A DNA stretch of 29,796 nt, counting the filler, from an uncultured virus (IMG/VR IMGVR_UViG_3300005239_002148) (lineage: Duplodnaviria; Heunggongvirae; Uroviricota; Caudoviricetes). It is 3 parts of one record of this genome, joined end to end, with 100 filler letters (N's around TTAATTAATTAA, not from the genome) between each part and the next. Parts side by side here need not be neighbours in the genome. Positions count along the whole stretch, not along the records: positions 1,741 to 28,264 come from IMGVR_UViG_3300005239_002148; 2 more parts are not named here. One strand, 5' to 3'. Under the pieces are notes generated by a model. That model saw nothing but the letters and a program-made list of their open reading frames with translations. It had not been told where the DNA came from and searched no databases. Both the position numbers and the translations under genes were made by a program. Shown piece by piece: positions 11,456 to 21,341 of this stretch. Within the stretch, counting starts at the first letter, position 1. Each line of letters starts with the position of its first letter.

Positions 11456-11469
11456 TATTTATATTTATA
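11456..11469 (-). promoter_or_regulatory. Two overlapping late promoter boxes TATAAATA (11462-11469 and 11456-11463)
   Basis: Minus strand reads TATAAATATAAATA in the gp7-gp8 intergenic region. Confidence 0.8.
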
Positions 11470-11482
11470 TACTTTTTTTAAC

Positions 11483-12658
11483 CTATCCTACAATATCAGA
11501 ATCATATAGAGGATAAAGTTGAGTCATATCTGAATCAGCTTCAAAGAACGAAGCGCCTTGTTCTGCATATGCAAGAGATGTAGTAATAATAGATGGATAC
11601 GGCTTTGTCATATATGATGGATTATCTCCAGTACCTACATAGAAAGATGGATATACACCAAAATAACCATAAGAATCTATGCCGTTATTAAAGTGAAGTG
11701 GAACACTATCCTGACGTAGAAGAGCCGCGCTATCAGTGGTGGTATCCCATACTTGTCTTGTTTGTGCAGCCCAAGCGTATATAGTAGGATAATAAGCGTC
11801 GGCTTCTGCAATAGTTCTATTCAAATAATTTTCAAATCTTAAAGGTCCGGTATGTAATCTTAGATTATAAACTGAACCATTTATGGTTGGGCTTACAAGT
11901 TGCGTTATGTCTGTAGATTGAAGAGTTTCTTTTATGGGTGCTATGCCTAATGAATCATATAAATAACGATCAGATATTGATGCTATATCAAATAATATTG
12001 TTGGGGATAAATCAAACAGCGGCGCTGTAACTCCACTAATAATAGTATTAATGGCTGGTTCTTGAATTACAATTTCCGCTCCAAGATGAAATCCTGCCGG
12101 ATGAACAAACTTTTTATAAAGTTCTTGCCAATCTGGTAGTCCAACATCGGTTCGAACTAAATGAGATAATAATTGATATATTTTTCCATCTTGAATTACT
12201 TTTTGAGCATCAACTCCAATAGTTGATGCGCTATCATTTAAATAAAACAAATCATTTTTTGGATAATGAACTACAGCGTCGGTGCCAAAAAAAGCTCTGA
12301 AAAATCCTTCTGCTGAATATTTAGATCCTTTTACTCTATAAAATTTTGCAAAATTACGAATAATTTCTCTTGGTTCTTTATCAAATTTTGCAACACCTAC
12401 ACCCATAACAAATTCATTTACCATTAAATCTAAATGTTCTAATGAATTATCTTCTGCATCTCTACAAGTATAAATGTCGTTTATTAAACTACCAAAACTT
12501 TTTTCATCCATATATTCATAATAATATTCTAAAAATAAAACTAAATTTGGATATTCGGTTGTAAAATATGTGGGTAAAACCTCTTTAACTGCATTTTTAT
12601 GCATTTCAAGTGGCAGCCTGTTGAAATCTCTAAGTGTATGTTCTAGACCCTTTATCAT
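11483..12658 (-). CDS. gp7: Baseplate wedge protein, compact gp7-like
   Basis: LPTYFTTEYPNLVLFLEYYYEYMD, FYRVKGSKYSAEGFFRAFFG, and DGKIYQLLSHLVR...WQELYKKFVHPAGF. Lies between gp6 and gp8. Confidence 0.75.
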   Translation of the reverse strand: MIKGLEHTLRDFNRLPLEMHKNAVKEVLPTYFTTEYPNLVLFLEYYYEYMDEKSFGSLINDIYTCRDAEDNSLEHLDLMVNEFVMGVGVAKFDKEPREIIRNFAKFYRVKGSKYSAEGFFRAFFGTDAVVHYPKNDLFYLNDSASTIGVDAQKVIQDGKIYQLLSHLVRTDVGLPDWQELYKKFVHPAGFHLGAEIVIQEPAINTIISGVTAPLFDLSPTILFDIASISDRYLYDSLGIAPIKETLQSTDITQLVSPTINGSVYNLRLHTGPLRFENYLNRTIAEADAYYPTIYAWAAQTRQVWDTTTDSAALLRQDSVPLHFNNGIDSYGYFGVYPSFYVGTGDNPSYMTKPYPSIITTSLAYAEQGASFFEADSDMTQLYPLYDSDIVG

Positions 12659-12662
12659 ATTA

Positions 12663-14494
12663 TTAACCTAATACAACATTAGTATTCTGATAGTCGATAT
12701 TTACACCAACGCTTAAATTAGTATCGGATACATTTAGTACATAATTTCGAAGTGGCTTAACTACTGTTTGATCTTGAGTATCGCTGTAAGTTTAATATTA
12801 ACAGATCCGTCATAATAGCTCTAGTACAAATTATTTAGTGTATAATCCAGATTGCGGAAATATGCTCCTAATATCCACTATCACTTTACTATTTGCATCA
12901 ACAATCTGAAGAATTGTTGAATTCAATTTGTTTCGTATTCTAGCAATAGTATTTGTTTCACGTATGTAAATGAATTAGATTCAACGCTATATTTATCGGA
13001 AGAAGGTTGTTCTAATCTTACTGGAAAATATAATTTATAACCATCTGGTAAATTTAAACTTGGCTCAAACGATATTTGAAGTTTAACATTTAAACCTGAT
13101 CCAAGAATAGATTTATCATATGAATCTATTTCTGTTAACAGCGCTGATCGTCTAAAGGCTTTTCCGAATCCACTTAATACTGTACCAAAATAAGTAGTAA
13201 TAATATTTTTTACTCTATTTTCAATATTACCGGTTTTTAATCCTGTCAAATTTGGATCCCATTGAATATTTGCCTCTATTATAAAATCTAGAGTAATTGG
13301 GTCTACAAATTTTGTTCCAATAGACATAATTGCAAGATTATTAGCAAATGTATTAACAATAGTCGTTTTAACAAATGTTTCTTCTTCTTGTGTTACATTA
13401 TCATCAAAATCTAAACTGATATAAACCTTTCCATAATCAACAGGAATATTATCTTGACTTCCCCATGCAGCAACATCTTTAACTTGTGTAAAATTAGCTT
13501 TTATCATTGATTCATAATCTAAAGCAGTAACAAGCCTTTGCTGTGTACTAAATGCTACTGGAGCTAATTGTTTGATTGTGTCTATTGATTGCAAATCGGC
13601 GCCATTTAAAGATTTTGTAATTGTTGTAACATTCAGTGAATAGCTTTTATCTAAAACTGTTACTGAATTGTTTGCTGTAAAAGTAGAACCTCCGTTTGCA
13701 ACAGATCCTGAAGTGCTAAGATAATTTACTATAATTTTTGAACCGGCGACTGGTGATTTACCAAATGTCACGCCGTCACCAAAATTCAATTCATAAAACC
13801 CATTAGGTGTTTCTCTTATTGTATAATATGTTGAGTTTGCATCAACAGTAATAGCGTTGTTTAATGCAGTATAAACCTCATATGATTCAGAAGTAACAGA
13901 ATCATATACATTTACAACCACAGTTTTAGTATCAATATTTTTATCAGGAATTACGTAAACTTGTCGATCTGTAGTTGATCCAACTAAAAATGTTTTATTT
14001 GTTATATTACCTTCATAGGCTGTTATTTCTTGAGCTCCGGACTCTGATTGAAATGTATAAACTCCATTTGATTCTATTCCAACATATCTCTGTCTAGTAT
14101 GAAATCTGTAAGAGTTTCCATCTATTGTTGTACTAAACGTGAATCCAGCTGGTAGAAGAATTGAAGTCGGACGATTAGCAACTAGTCCTGTTGTAATAGT
14201 TGCTCTTAAAGCAACTCTTGAAGATGTTTTTGAAGCAATATCTAGGCCTAACATTTCAGCATGAGATATTACTGAAGGTCTTAATTGTGCGGTATCAAGA
14301 AAAGATTCATTTAAAGCAAAATTAGCTATAAGACCATTATAATGTGTATTATATGCTAATACATCTAAGATATTATTTAAACCAGACGCTTCAAAGTCAT
14401 AATCAGAAAATTCAGATTTCTGTTTAAGAAATGTTTTAAGAGAGGTTTTAATATTTTCAAAATCAAGTTGAGTTGATGTAATATTTGTTGCCAT
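12663..14494 (-). CDS. gp6: Baseplate wedge subunit gp6; track ORF 12923..14494 is cut by frameshifts
   Basis: LDFENIKTSLKTFLKQKSEFSDYDFEASGLNNILDVLAYNTHY, NESFLDTAQLR, YELNFGDG, QQRLVTALDY, YGKVYIS. A C-terminal QDQTVVKPLRNYVLNV...NVVLG* is readable in another frame to the stop at 12663. Confidence 0.93.
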
Positions 14495-14938
14495 TTATCT
14501 TAACCTTGCTACTGAAGTTTCTATGACTTCTATTGTTCCTGTAGATACCACTACAAATTCTATTCTACAAAAAATATTATTTAAATCTGGCTGAATGTCA
14601 GATTGAACATTTAAAAGTTTTGCTCTTGGTTCCCAATTTTGGAGAGCCATAGCTATTTCTTGATTAACATCATCTTCAAGTAAGTCATCAGCCAGTTCAA
14701 AAAGTAAACCAGACAAATCCGCACCGAATTCATGCTGAAATGGTTTTTCAAATTTATTTGTCATTAATAAATTTTTTACGGCCTGTTTAACCGAAGCTGC
14801 TTCTTCTTTCTTAAAAATATCGCCATTAGTTTTTTTATTAAATAATAAATTAATATCTTTACTTACCCGCACCCCAGACGTAATAATACTTTGAGTAGAA
14901 AGATTTCCATCTTCTGTTGAGAATGCTCTTGTTACCAT
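14495..14938 (-). CDS. gp25: Baseplate wedge subunit gp25
   Basis: KDINLLF...DIFKKEEAASVKQAVKNLLMTNKFEKPFQHEFGADLSGLLFE...NWEPRA is the gp25/GPW signature. Confidence 0.93.
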   Translation of the reverse strand: MVTRAFSTEDGNLSTQSIITSGVRVSKDINLLFNKKTNGDIFKKEEAASVKQAVKNLLMTNKFEKPFQHEFGADLSGLLFELADDLLEDDVNQEIAMALQNWEPRAKLLNVQSDIQPDLNNIFCRIEFVVVSTGTIEVIETSVARLR

Positions 14939-14964
14939 TTTATTCTATCTTCTGTTGTTTATTC

Positions 14965-14972
14965 TATTTATA
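14965..14972 (-). promoter_or_regulatory. T4-type late promoter TATAAATA
   Basis: Exact match, intergenic, upstream of gp25. Confidence 0.85.
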
Positions 14973-14993
14973 TATTTATTTGTTAATTATTTG

Positions 14994-17900
14994 TTATTTT
15001 AAACTCCAATTAAGGCTTGTCTGGCCCAGCATAAACTCTTCCTGTCTAGATCCTGTTTCAGATGCAATATACATTGGTTGATCAGAAATTGCTCTGCTTA
15101 TATAAACTCTATATTCAGTAGGACCAAAGAAGCCCTGTTCACTATACCCAACCTGTTTAAAGAATTCTTTTTCGCCTTCGACATCATGGAATATCAGAAT
15201 AGTTCCTGGAGCGTGTTCACCAGCTTTTGCTGATGCTTCTAATTCATCAATGCTGCTATACGTGCCAGCTGGTAGGTTTGTTTTTACTCCGGCTTTCTTA
15301 GGTTCGGGTTCCTTGACAGCCTTTGGAGTTTCTTTTTCTTTAACTATTTCAGCTTTTGTTTCAGCTGTTTTATATACTTCATTTGATCGAGGAGCTGGAA
15401 TCGATCCACCTTCTTCATCTCTCATTGAGAACAAACTTGCATCTTTATATATTTTAAAATCGCCGCCCCAACCTAATCCAAATGATTGTGCTATTTCGGA
15501 AATCTCATCCGGAAAATCATGAACAAGAGTAGTACCCTTTAAGTTCTGAGAAATATTTATGTTTATTCCAAGCCCCGAAGCATTCGGTGTCCATAAGTCT
15601 TGTTCAAGATATTCGTTTTTAAGATTTGAATATCTCTGCGTAGTAGTGGAAAATCCATCTAGTGTTTTAATTACATAATTATATGGCGGACCTTCAAGTT
15701 TATTAATAAACCCTTGCATGTTGTTCCAAACCGCAGCAGAAACAAAAGTGTAAAATCCAGATTTTGTTCTAATTTTCTTTAAACCTTCATCTGTAATAGC
15801 TGGCGTTGTCTCTTTTTCTAATTCAACAACACCTGTTTCGCTTAAAGATATTTCTATTAAATCTTTTGTGGACTGTACTTCATCATTAAAATGTGTTTCT
15901 ATATCCTGTTTAAATAATATTTTATAATTCTGAGGAATTTCTGGCATAGCTACTATAATGCATGAATATAATATTTTCTCTCCATTTGATAATTCATCTA
16001 CTTCATACGTATCGTAAGATAATACTAGTTTATCGAATTCAGCATGATCCTTTAAATATGCAGCTAAATCAAATGTAATATCTGGTGATATATCACCGCT
16101 TTTTGAATTTCTGACTTCAAATCCAACTACTCTTCCAATACTAGACAGTTTTGTAATAGAATTTGCAGGAGCAGAATTATCAGTAGCTCCTAATTTTTGC
16201 ACACCTTCTACTATTTTTATGTTAAATCCCTTCATAAATGCAGGTGATTTTGCTATTTTTAACAATTTAATACTAGCAACTAAATTTCTTGCTATTCTGT
16301 GTCTCTCAGTTTGATCTATGTCATTCATTGTTTCACTGTTTGGAAAAAATTTAGATAGTGGCATGCCAGGAGCAAGTAGTGTACCCATTCTAATATTTTT
16401 TATATTATTTGGATTATATTGCGCTTCAGGTACAATAAATTTAATTTGTTTTTTCGATGTGTCACTTGCTTTATAGCGATAGGTTTTAGTATTTGGATCG
16501 TGATTTCCTATATCGTCTCCTCCTAATCTAACCTGACCTTTCTTTCCTATTATCCGATCTATATGAGGCGGAATTTTTTCAACATACGATGCAGATAGCA
16601 CTCCATCTGCGATTTGCTCTTGAGCAAATGATAAATTATTTTTATTTGCTGGATTACGCATTTTAATTCTTACTTCAGCTGTAGTAAGAGGTTTTTCTGT
16701 AACTCCACCAGTAGTTACCGTTTTATCTAGATAATTATAAATTCCATCATCATCATCTACAAAAACAGACTGAACCATATATGCAGATTTATCCAAGAAT
16801 ATAGACGAAGTAGTTGCGGTTGGTAATGGCTTTAAATTATCTAATCCACTTGGCCCATAATCGCTCGCAGCGTCTGTTGGCCATTTCTTTGGTCCCTTTG
16901 TAGTATTTGCTGCAGTCACATCTACAGCGTCCTGAGTAGTACTTGTATAAGCATAAGCAGTGCCCGCAGTGTTTCCACCCGGATCTGTATCTGGATAATT
17001 TGAGCGGCTGTAATATTAGCTTGTAATGCAGTTCCGTTTAAACTACCATGAAATGTTGTTGCATGCATAGATGTTGAATTAATTCTTGTTCCAGTTATTG
17101 TTTGTGAATTTAAAGTATCAGTAGCGTACACGCTTTTTGAAGTGATCGTATCGATCGCATTTATTGAATGGCCAGTAAACATATTATAGTTATACATTAC
17201 AATATTCTCACCACCAATAGTTCCGGTATTACCTGTAGCAGTTAAATCCTGAGCAACAATATTAATATTAGGTGATGTTAAACTAATTTCGGTTTGTGAT
17301 GTAAGAGTTGTAGATCCTTTGTGGTTATAATCCGCTTCACCTCTTACAATAAATTCATAATCTTCTTTTACTGAAGTGCTTAGTTTTCCAAGAAATGTAT
17401 TTGTAACATCTTTTAATACTGTAGTGCTTTTTACTTTTTGAATAGTTTCAGCCATCATACCAATAATTCGTTTAGTATAAGACCCAAAGACATTTACAAT
17501 CCAATGACCTCCAACTTTTAAATTATAATTACCACCAACATCAAGATTAAAATCTCCACCTATATTCATATTTAAGTCACCTGAATAAGTAAGATTGCCA
17601 TTGCCTTCTGTAAATAAATGATGATTACCAGTTATCAAATCTACTCTATTACCTCTTGCATTAACAATAATAGAACCATCTGGTTTCATTTCAACGCCAG
17701 CGCCTGACATATGCTTAAGTAGAATTCTTTCACTGCCGATAGTATCGTCATAAAGAACAACATGACCTTTTGGTGTTGTTTTAATCGATACTTCAGTTGC
17801 AGAAGAAGGACTTTGATGGACTAAAGATATATCTTCACGACCTATAGTAACAGCAACGTCGGTTTCTAAATTATGTATATGTCCTGCTCTTACACTTTTT

Positions 17901-18040
17901 TCTACGCCCTGTTCATAATAATAATCAGACCGTGGAAGTTCTCCTGCAATATCTTCAAAACCGGTACCTGAAGTTTTACCTTGTAAAGTAGCTCTACGGT
18001 TTTTTTCAATTAGACCATCAAGATCTTCTTTAAAGCTCAT
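14994..18040 (-). CDS. gp5 C-terminal-like beta-helix spike protein with a long extension (two degenerate M15-like domains); one gene of about 1015 aa with a frameshift near 17000
   Basis: TPKGHVVLYDDTIGSERILLKHMSGAGVEMKPDGS plus ~8-residue beta-helix repeats (GDLNMNIGGDFNLDVGGNYNLKVGG). Adding one base near 17000 gives QNYPDTDPGGNTAGTAYAYTSTTQDAVDVTAAN, continuous with ORF 14994..16919. Start ATG 18040 overlaps the upstream TGA (ATGA). Confidence 0.8.
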
Positions 18041-20271
18041 GCTCCACTCCCCCAAAATTTAAAGTCGTCTATTGTCTTAATCACTTTTCCAGCTTTATCT
18101 TTAATTTCAACAGCAGCATTAGTAGCATCTTCAAGATCTAACCCCTGCTTTAAATAATCTCCTACACTTTGATTATTTACCTCGACTCTCAATACCTCAT
18201 CTGGAATAACATCAAACGATTTTATAATATCACCAGCTTTTAATTTATTTTCATTTAAAAGATTTACCAGTTCATCATAACCGTGTATTGCGACTGGCAC
18301 TTTACCTGGAAGTACCGTTGCCGTTCTTACTTGTTCTTTATCTACTACCTGAGGTATTTCAGCAGCAGGTACCGATATTGCAACAGCAGGAGCGTTATAT
18401 ATAGTTACAGCATCAGATAACATAAGCTCTTCTCCAACTAAATCATCTTGATCCGTACCTGGAAGACTAGGATCGGATTGATTAGTGGTTTTAAATCTAT
18501 TTTTTAAGTATCCTGCTACATTAAAACCTGGATCTAATTCCTGTTCATTAAGTTCATTATGACCAAATATGTTACATCCTGGCCAAATAATATAAAATGC
18601 TTTGCAAATCGTTTCGAAAGATTTATACTGAGATGCAGTTAATGATTCATTACCATACACCCAATTTTCTTTCTTTTCATCAGAATACGAATTTAAACCA
18701 CCGACAAATGCAATAGCAATGCTAAAGTCATCATGTCCTGGCGCATGCTGACCTGCAATATACACTGGACGGCCTCTTTCTATTTGACCATTCTTTTTTA
18801 TGATATAATGATAAGAACAGCCATCATGATTTAATGCTATTGATCTTTCATGAACTTCTGCAGCGCCTGCATATGCTTGGTCTAAAAAATGACCCGTCCA
18901 GTGTACAATCATCTCAGTAATTTCTCGAGTAACGCTATTAAACTCGGCAACTAATTCTTCTTGAGATTGCACACGAGTAAATGCATATTCTCCTATATTT
19001 TCTGCTATGCGAGTTTTGCCCGATATTGCGGTTTTAGATCCGTCCCAATTTGAAGCCGATTGCCCTATTTCGATTTGAAGTGCAGATAAATCTGGAAAAT
19101 CATTATCTAAAGTAATATTCGAATTAAGATCAATTGTAAGATCATTAACTTTATCTTCGAGTTTATTTATTTGCACACCCAATTCATCTTCTATGATTGC
19201 TCTTGCTTGTTCAGGAGGAATTCCTGGAATAGTAATTTTACCCGTATCAGGATCTTTATATGGAACTAGATCAGCTCCAAACGTAGTAATTTCACCTGTA
19301 TCAGGATCTTTATATGGAACTATTTTACCCTGCTCTAAACTCCTAACAAGTGTTGCAGTATTAATATCATCAATCACTTTTTCAAATTTTTCTTCTTTTA
19401 GATCTTTTACTGATTGTATAACATTTTCTATTTCCATTACCGATCCAGCAATATCTTCAATTCCTCTTCTTATATGATTTTCTGCAGCTAACTTAGTATT
19501 TTGAATTACACCTAATGTTGTTTGTATAGTCTTATCAACTTCAGTCACAGTATCTAAAATCTTATCTGCCCCCTTAATAGCAACATCTAGATCAATATTT
19601 AAAGATGAATTTATTCCGCCAATACCAGATGTCAGACTCTTTAATCCATTTGGTATATCTGAGAGTCTATTCAATGATCCGGTCAAATTTGATCCCAATG
19701 ATTCAGCCGCAGCTTCTAATTTAGCTACCTTATCAAGACTATCCTTTGCAGCTCCAAGCAAATTTGTTGGAACAATGCCCTTCATTATGTCGTCAAATTT
19801 TGGAAGTGATCCAGTAATCTTATTGATATTTGATTGAATAGAAGCTGGTGTTCCAAGTAATTTATTAGCTTTCTTTACACCAGCTATTATATCTGCTTTT
19901 TCTGCTTTTGGAATACCAACAAATCCGGTATCGGGATTAGTCCAAGGTCGGGCGCTCATCTGCTGAATAATTTCTTCTTCAGCAGCAGTTAAAGCCTTAT
20001 TCATCTTATCTTCCAGGCCTGGCATTTTATTTGTTAGTTCTACAATAGGAGCAACTGGTATTAAATTAGCGAGTTCCTCTTTTACTATAGGTAAAGATTC
20101 AGTAAGAGATTTAATTCCATTAATACTATTGCCTACTTTATTCAGGGCTATTTTAGTTTCTCTTAATGATTTGACGGCACTACTTACTTTATCTATTTTT
20201 GATTTCATCCCATCGAGGTCAAGAGTACCTCTCACATTTTTTATTTTTGTGTTTAGATTTCCAATATCCAT
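18037..20271 (-). CDS. Helical/coiled-coil protein with an N-acetylmuramoyl-L-alanine amidase (Amidase_2, T7-lysozyme/PGRP fold) domain
   Basis: ITEMIVHWTG...SYHYIIKKNGQIERGRP...GQHAPGHDDFSIAIAFVGG...IFGHNEL...DPGFNV at ~18520-18925. Start ATG 20271 follows AGGAG; the track's 20325 start overlaps the upstream gene. Confidence 0.85.
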   Translation of the reverse strand: MDIGNLNTKIKNVRGTLDLDGMKSKIDKVSSAVKSLRETKIALNKVGNSINGIKSLTESLPIVKEELANLIPVAPIVELTNKMPGLEDKMNKALTAAEEEIIQQMSARPWTNPDTGFVGIPKAEKADIIAGVKKANKLLGTPASIQSNINKITGSLPKFDDIMKGIVPTNLLGAAKDSLDKVAKLEAAAESLGSNLTGSLNRLSDIPNGLKSLTSGIGGINSSLNIDLDVAIKGADKILDTVTEVDKTIQTTLGVIQNTKLAAENHIRRGIEDIAGSVMEIENVIQSVKDLKEEKFEKVIDDINTATLVRSLEQGKIVPYKDPDTGEITTFGADLVPYKDPDTGKITIPGIPPEQARAIIEDELGVQINKLEDKVNDLTIDLNSNITLDNDFPDLSALQIEIGQSASNWDGSKTAISGKTRIAENIGEYAFTRVQSQEELVAEFNSVTREITEMIVHWTGHFLDQAYAGAAEVHERSIALNHDGCSYHYIIKKNGQIERGRPVYIAGQHAPGHDDFSIAIAFVGGLNSYSDEKKENWVYGNESLTASQYKSFETICKAFYIIWPGCNIFGHNELNEQELDPGFNVAGYLKNRFKTTNQSDPSLPGTDQDDLVGEELMLSDAVTIYNAPAVAISVPAAEIPQVVDKEQVRTATVLPGKVPVAIHGYDELVNLLNENKLKAGDIIKSFDVIPDEVLRVEVNNQSVGDYLKQGLDLEDATNAAVEIKDKAGKVIKTIDDFKFWGSGA
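19229..19322 (-). repeat. Short intragenic direct repeat (VPYKDPDTGEIT / VPYKDPDTGKIT)
   Basis: GTATCAGGATCTTTATATGGAACTA occurs twice on the plus strand, 54 nt apart, in frame. Confidence 0.9.
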
Positions 20272-20284
20272 AATAATCTCCTTA

Positions 20285-21337
20285 CTAACTACCGCTAACA
20301 AATCTACGATAATAAACTCTAGCATGTTTAATTCGATTTCTTAGAGTTGGTGACCAATATCTTCTACCGGAGTGACCTCGTTTAGTGCCTTGAGCAGTAT
20401 AAGGACATGCGCCAAATGATCCACCATATCTTACATATTTACGATGCGGTCTTTCATACCATCTACATACGCTATAGGTAGCATTTGGAACATCTGATCC
20501 ACAAGCATTAATATATCCCCAGGCACTCGCCTCGCTATTTGTACACTCATGTCGTATAAATCTACATTGCGCATCTAAACTTTGCCACGGCAAATTGATA
20601 CTTTCAGAAAATTGTATTAATTTTTCCCATCTATCGCCTCTCCATTGACATAATCCAAATGCAGGTAATCCAACATCATTTGGATTAATTATTTCATTCC
20701 AAGGTCCGCTTTTAATCGATAAACGTTGTCCTTCATAAACTCCGTTAAAATCTCCTCCTCTTCCAGGACCGGATTCTACTCTAATGTTTCCCATAAATGC
20801 GCATACTTGAGCTGGGTCCATAAAGTTTCGAAGAGAAGTAAATATTTTTTCTTCTGTTCCATTTCCGGGCATCTTCTTTGCAAGAGCTTCTATTTCAGCC
20901 GAACTTGCTTGGACTGATAACACGTCACCTGAAGAATACGATTCTTGGTTTGTGGTTGTTGTAGAGAAACTACCACCATCTACTAAAGGCTTTTCAAGTG
21001 TAGGATCGTTTGTTTGAATATATGAAGGATTTTGAACAGTAGTATAGCTTCCTAGAATTAACGGTATTTGTGACAGTTGACCATCTAAAAACATACCATG
21101 AACCATAGCACCTCGGCCAAGCACAGCATTTTCACCATCTCCGGATATTCCAGGAGATGTGACAGGCAATAGTGTTTGAGCCCAAGGTAAATCATGATCA
21201 GCAATTTCAAGATTATCGTGTATGCCAAATATTCTAACTTGAACTCTTCCCATATGTTTAGGATCGTCATTTCTTCTGACTTTTCCAATAAAAAATCTTG
21301 GATTATCTCCCCAGTATCGGCTAGATATACTTTTCAT
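20285..21337 (-). CDS. gp5: gp5 N-terminal OB-fold fused to a phage tail lysozyme (Phage_lysozyme2-like)
   Basis: FFIGKVRRNDDPKHMGRVQVRIFGIH...DLPWAQ...VHGMFLDGQLSQIPLILGS is the gp5 OB fold. AFMGNIRVES...AFGLCQWRGDR...QCRFIRHE...YERP matches tail lysozyme motifs. Confidence 0.88.
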   Translation of the reverse strand: MKSISSRYWGDNPRFFIGKVRRNDDPKHMGRVQVRIFGIHDNLEIADHDLPWAQTLLPVTSPGISGDGENAVLGRGAMVHGMFLDGQLSQIPLILGSYTTVQNPSYIQTNDPTLEKPLVDGGSFSTTTTNQESYSSGDVLSVQASSAEIEALAKKMPGNGTEEKIFTSLRNFMDPAQVCAFMGNIRVESGPGRGGDFNGVYEGQRLSIKSGPWNEIINPNDVGLPAFGLCQWRGDRWEKLIQFSESINLPWQSLDAQCRFIRHECTNSEASAWGYINACGSDVPNATYSVCRWYERPHRKYVRYGGSFGACPYTAQGTKRGHSGRRYWSPTLRNRIKHARVYYRRFVSGS

Positions 21338-21341
21338 CTTA

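Noticed and set aside
12663..12960. Apparent intergenic gap or truncated gp6
   Set aside because: gp6 C-terminal motifs (KPLRNYVL) are readable in shifted frames up to 12663, consistent with sequencing errors.
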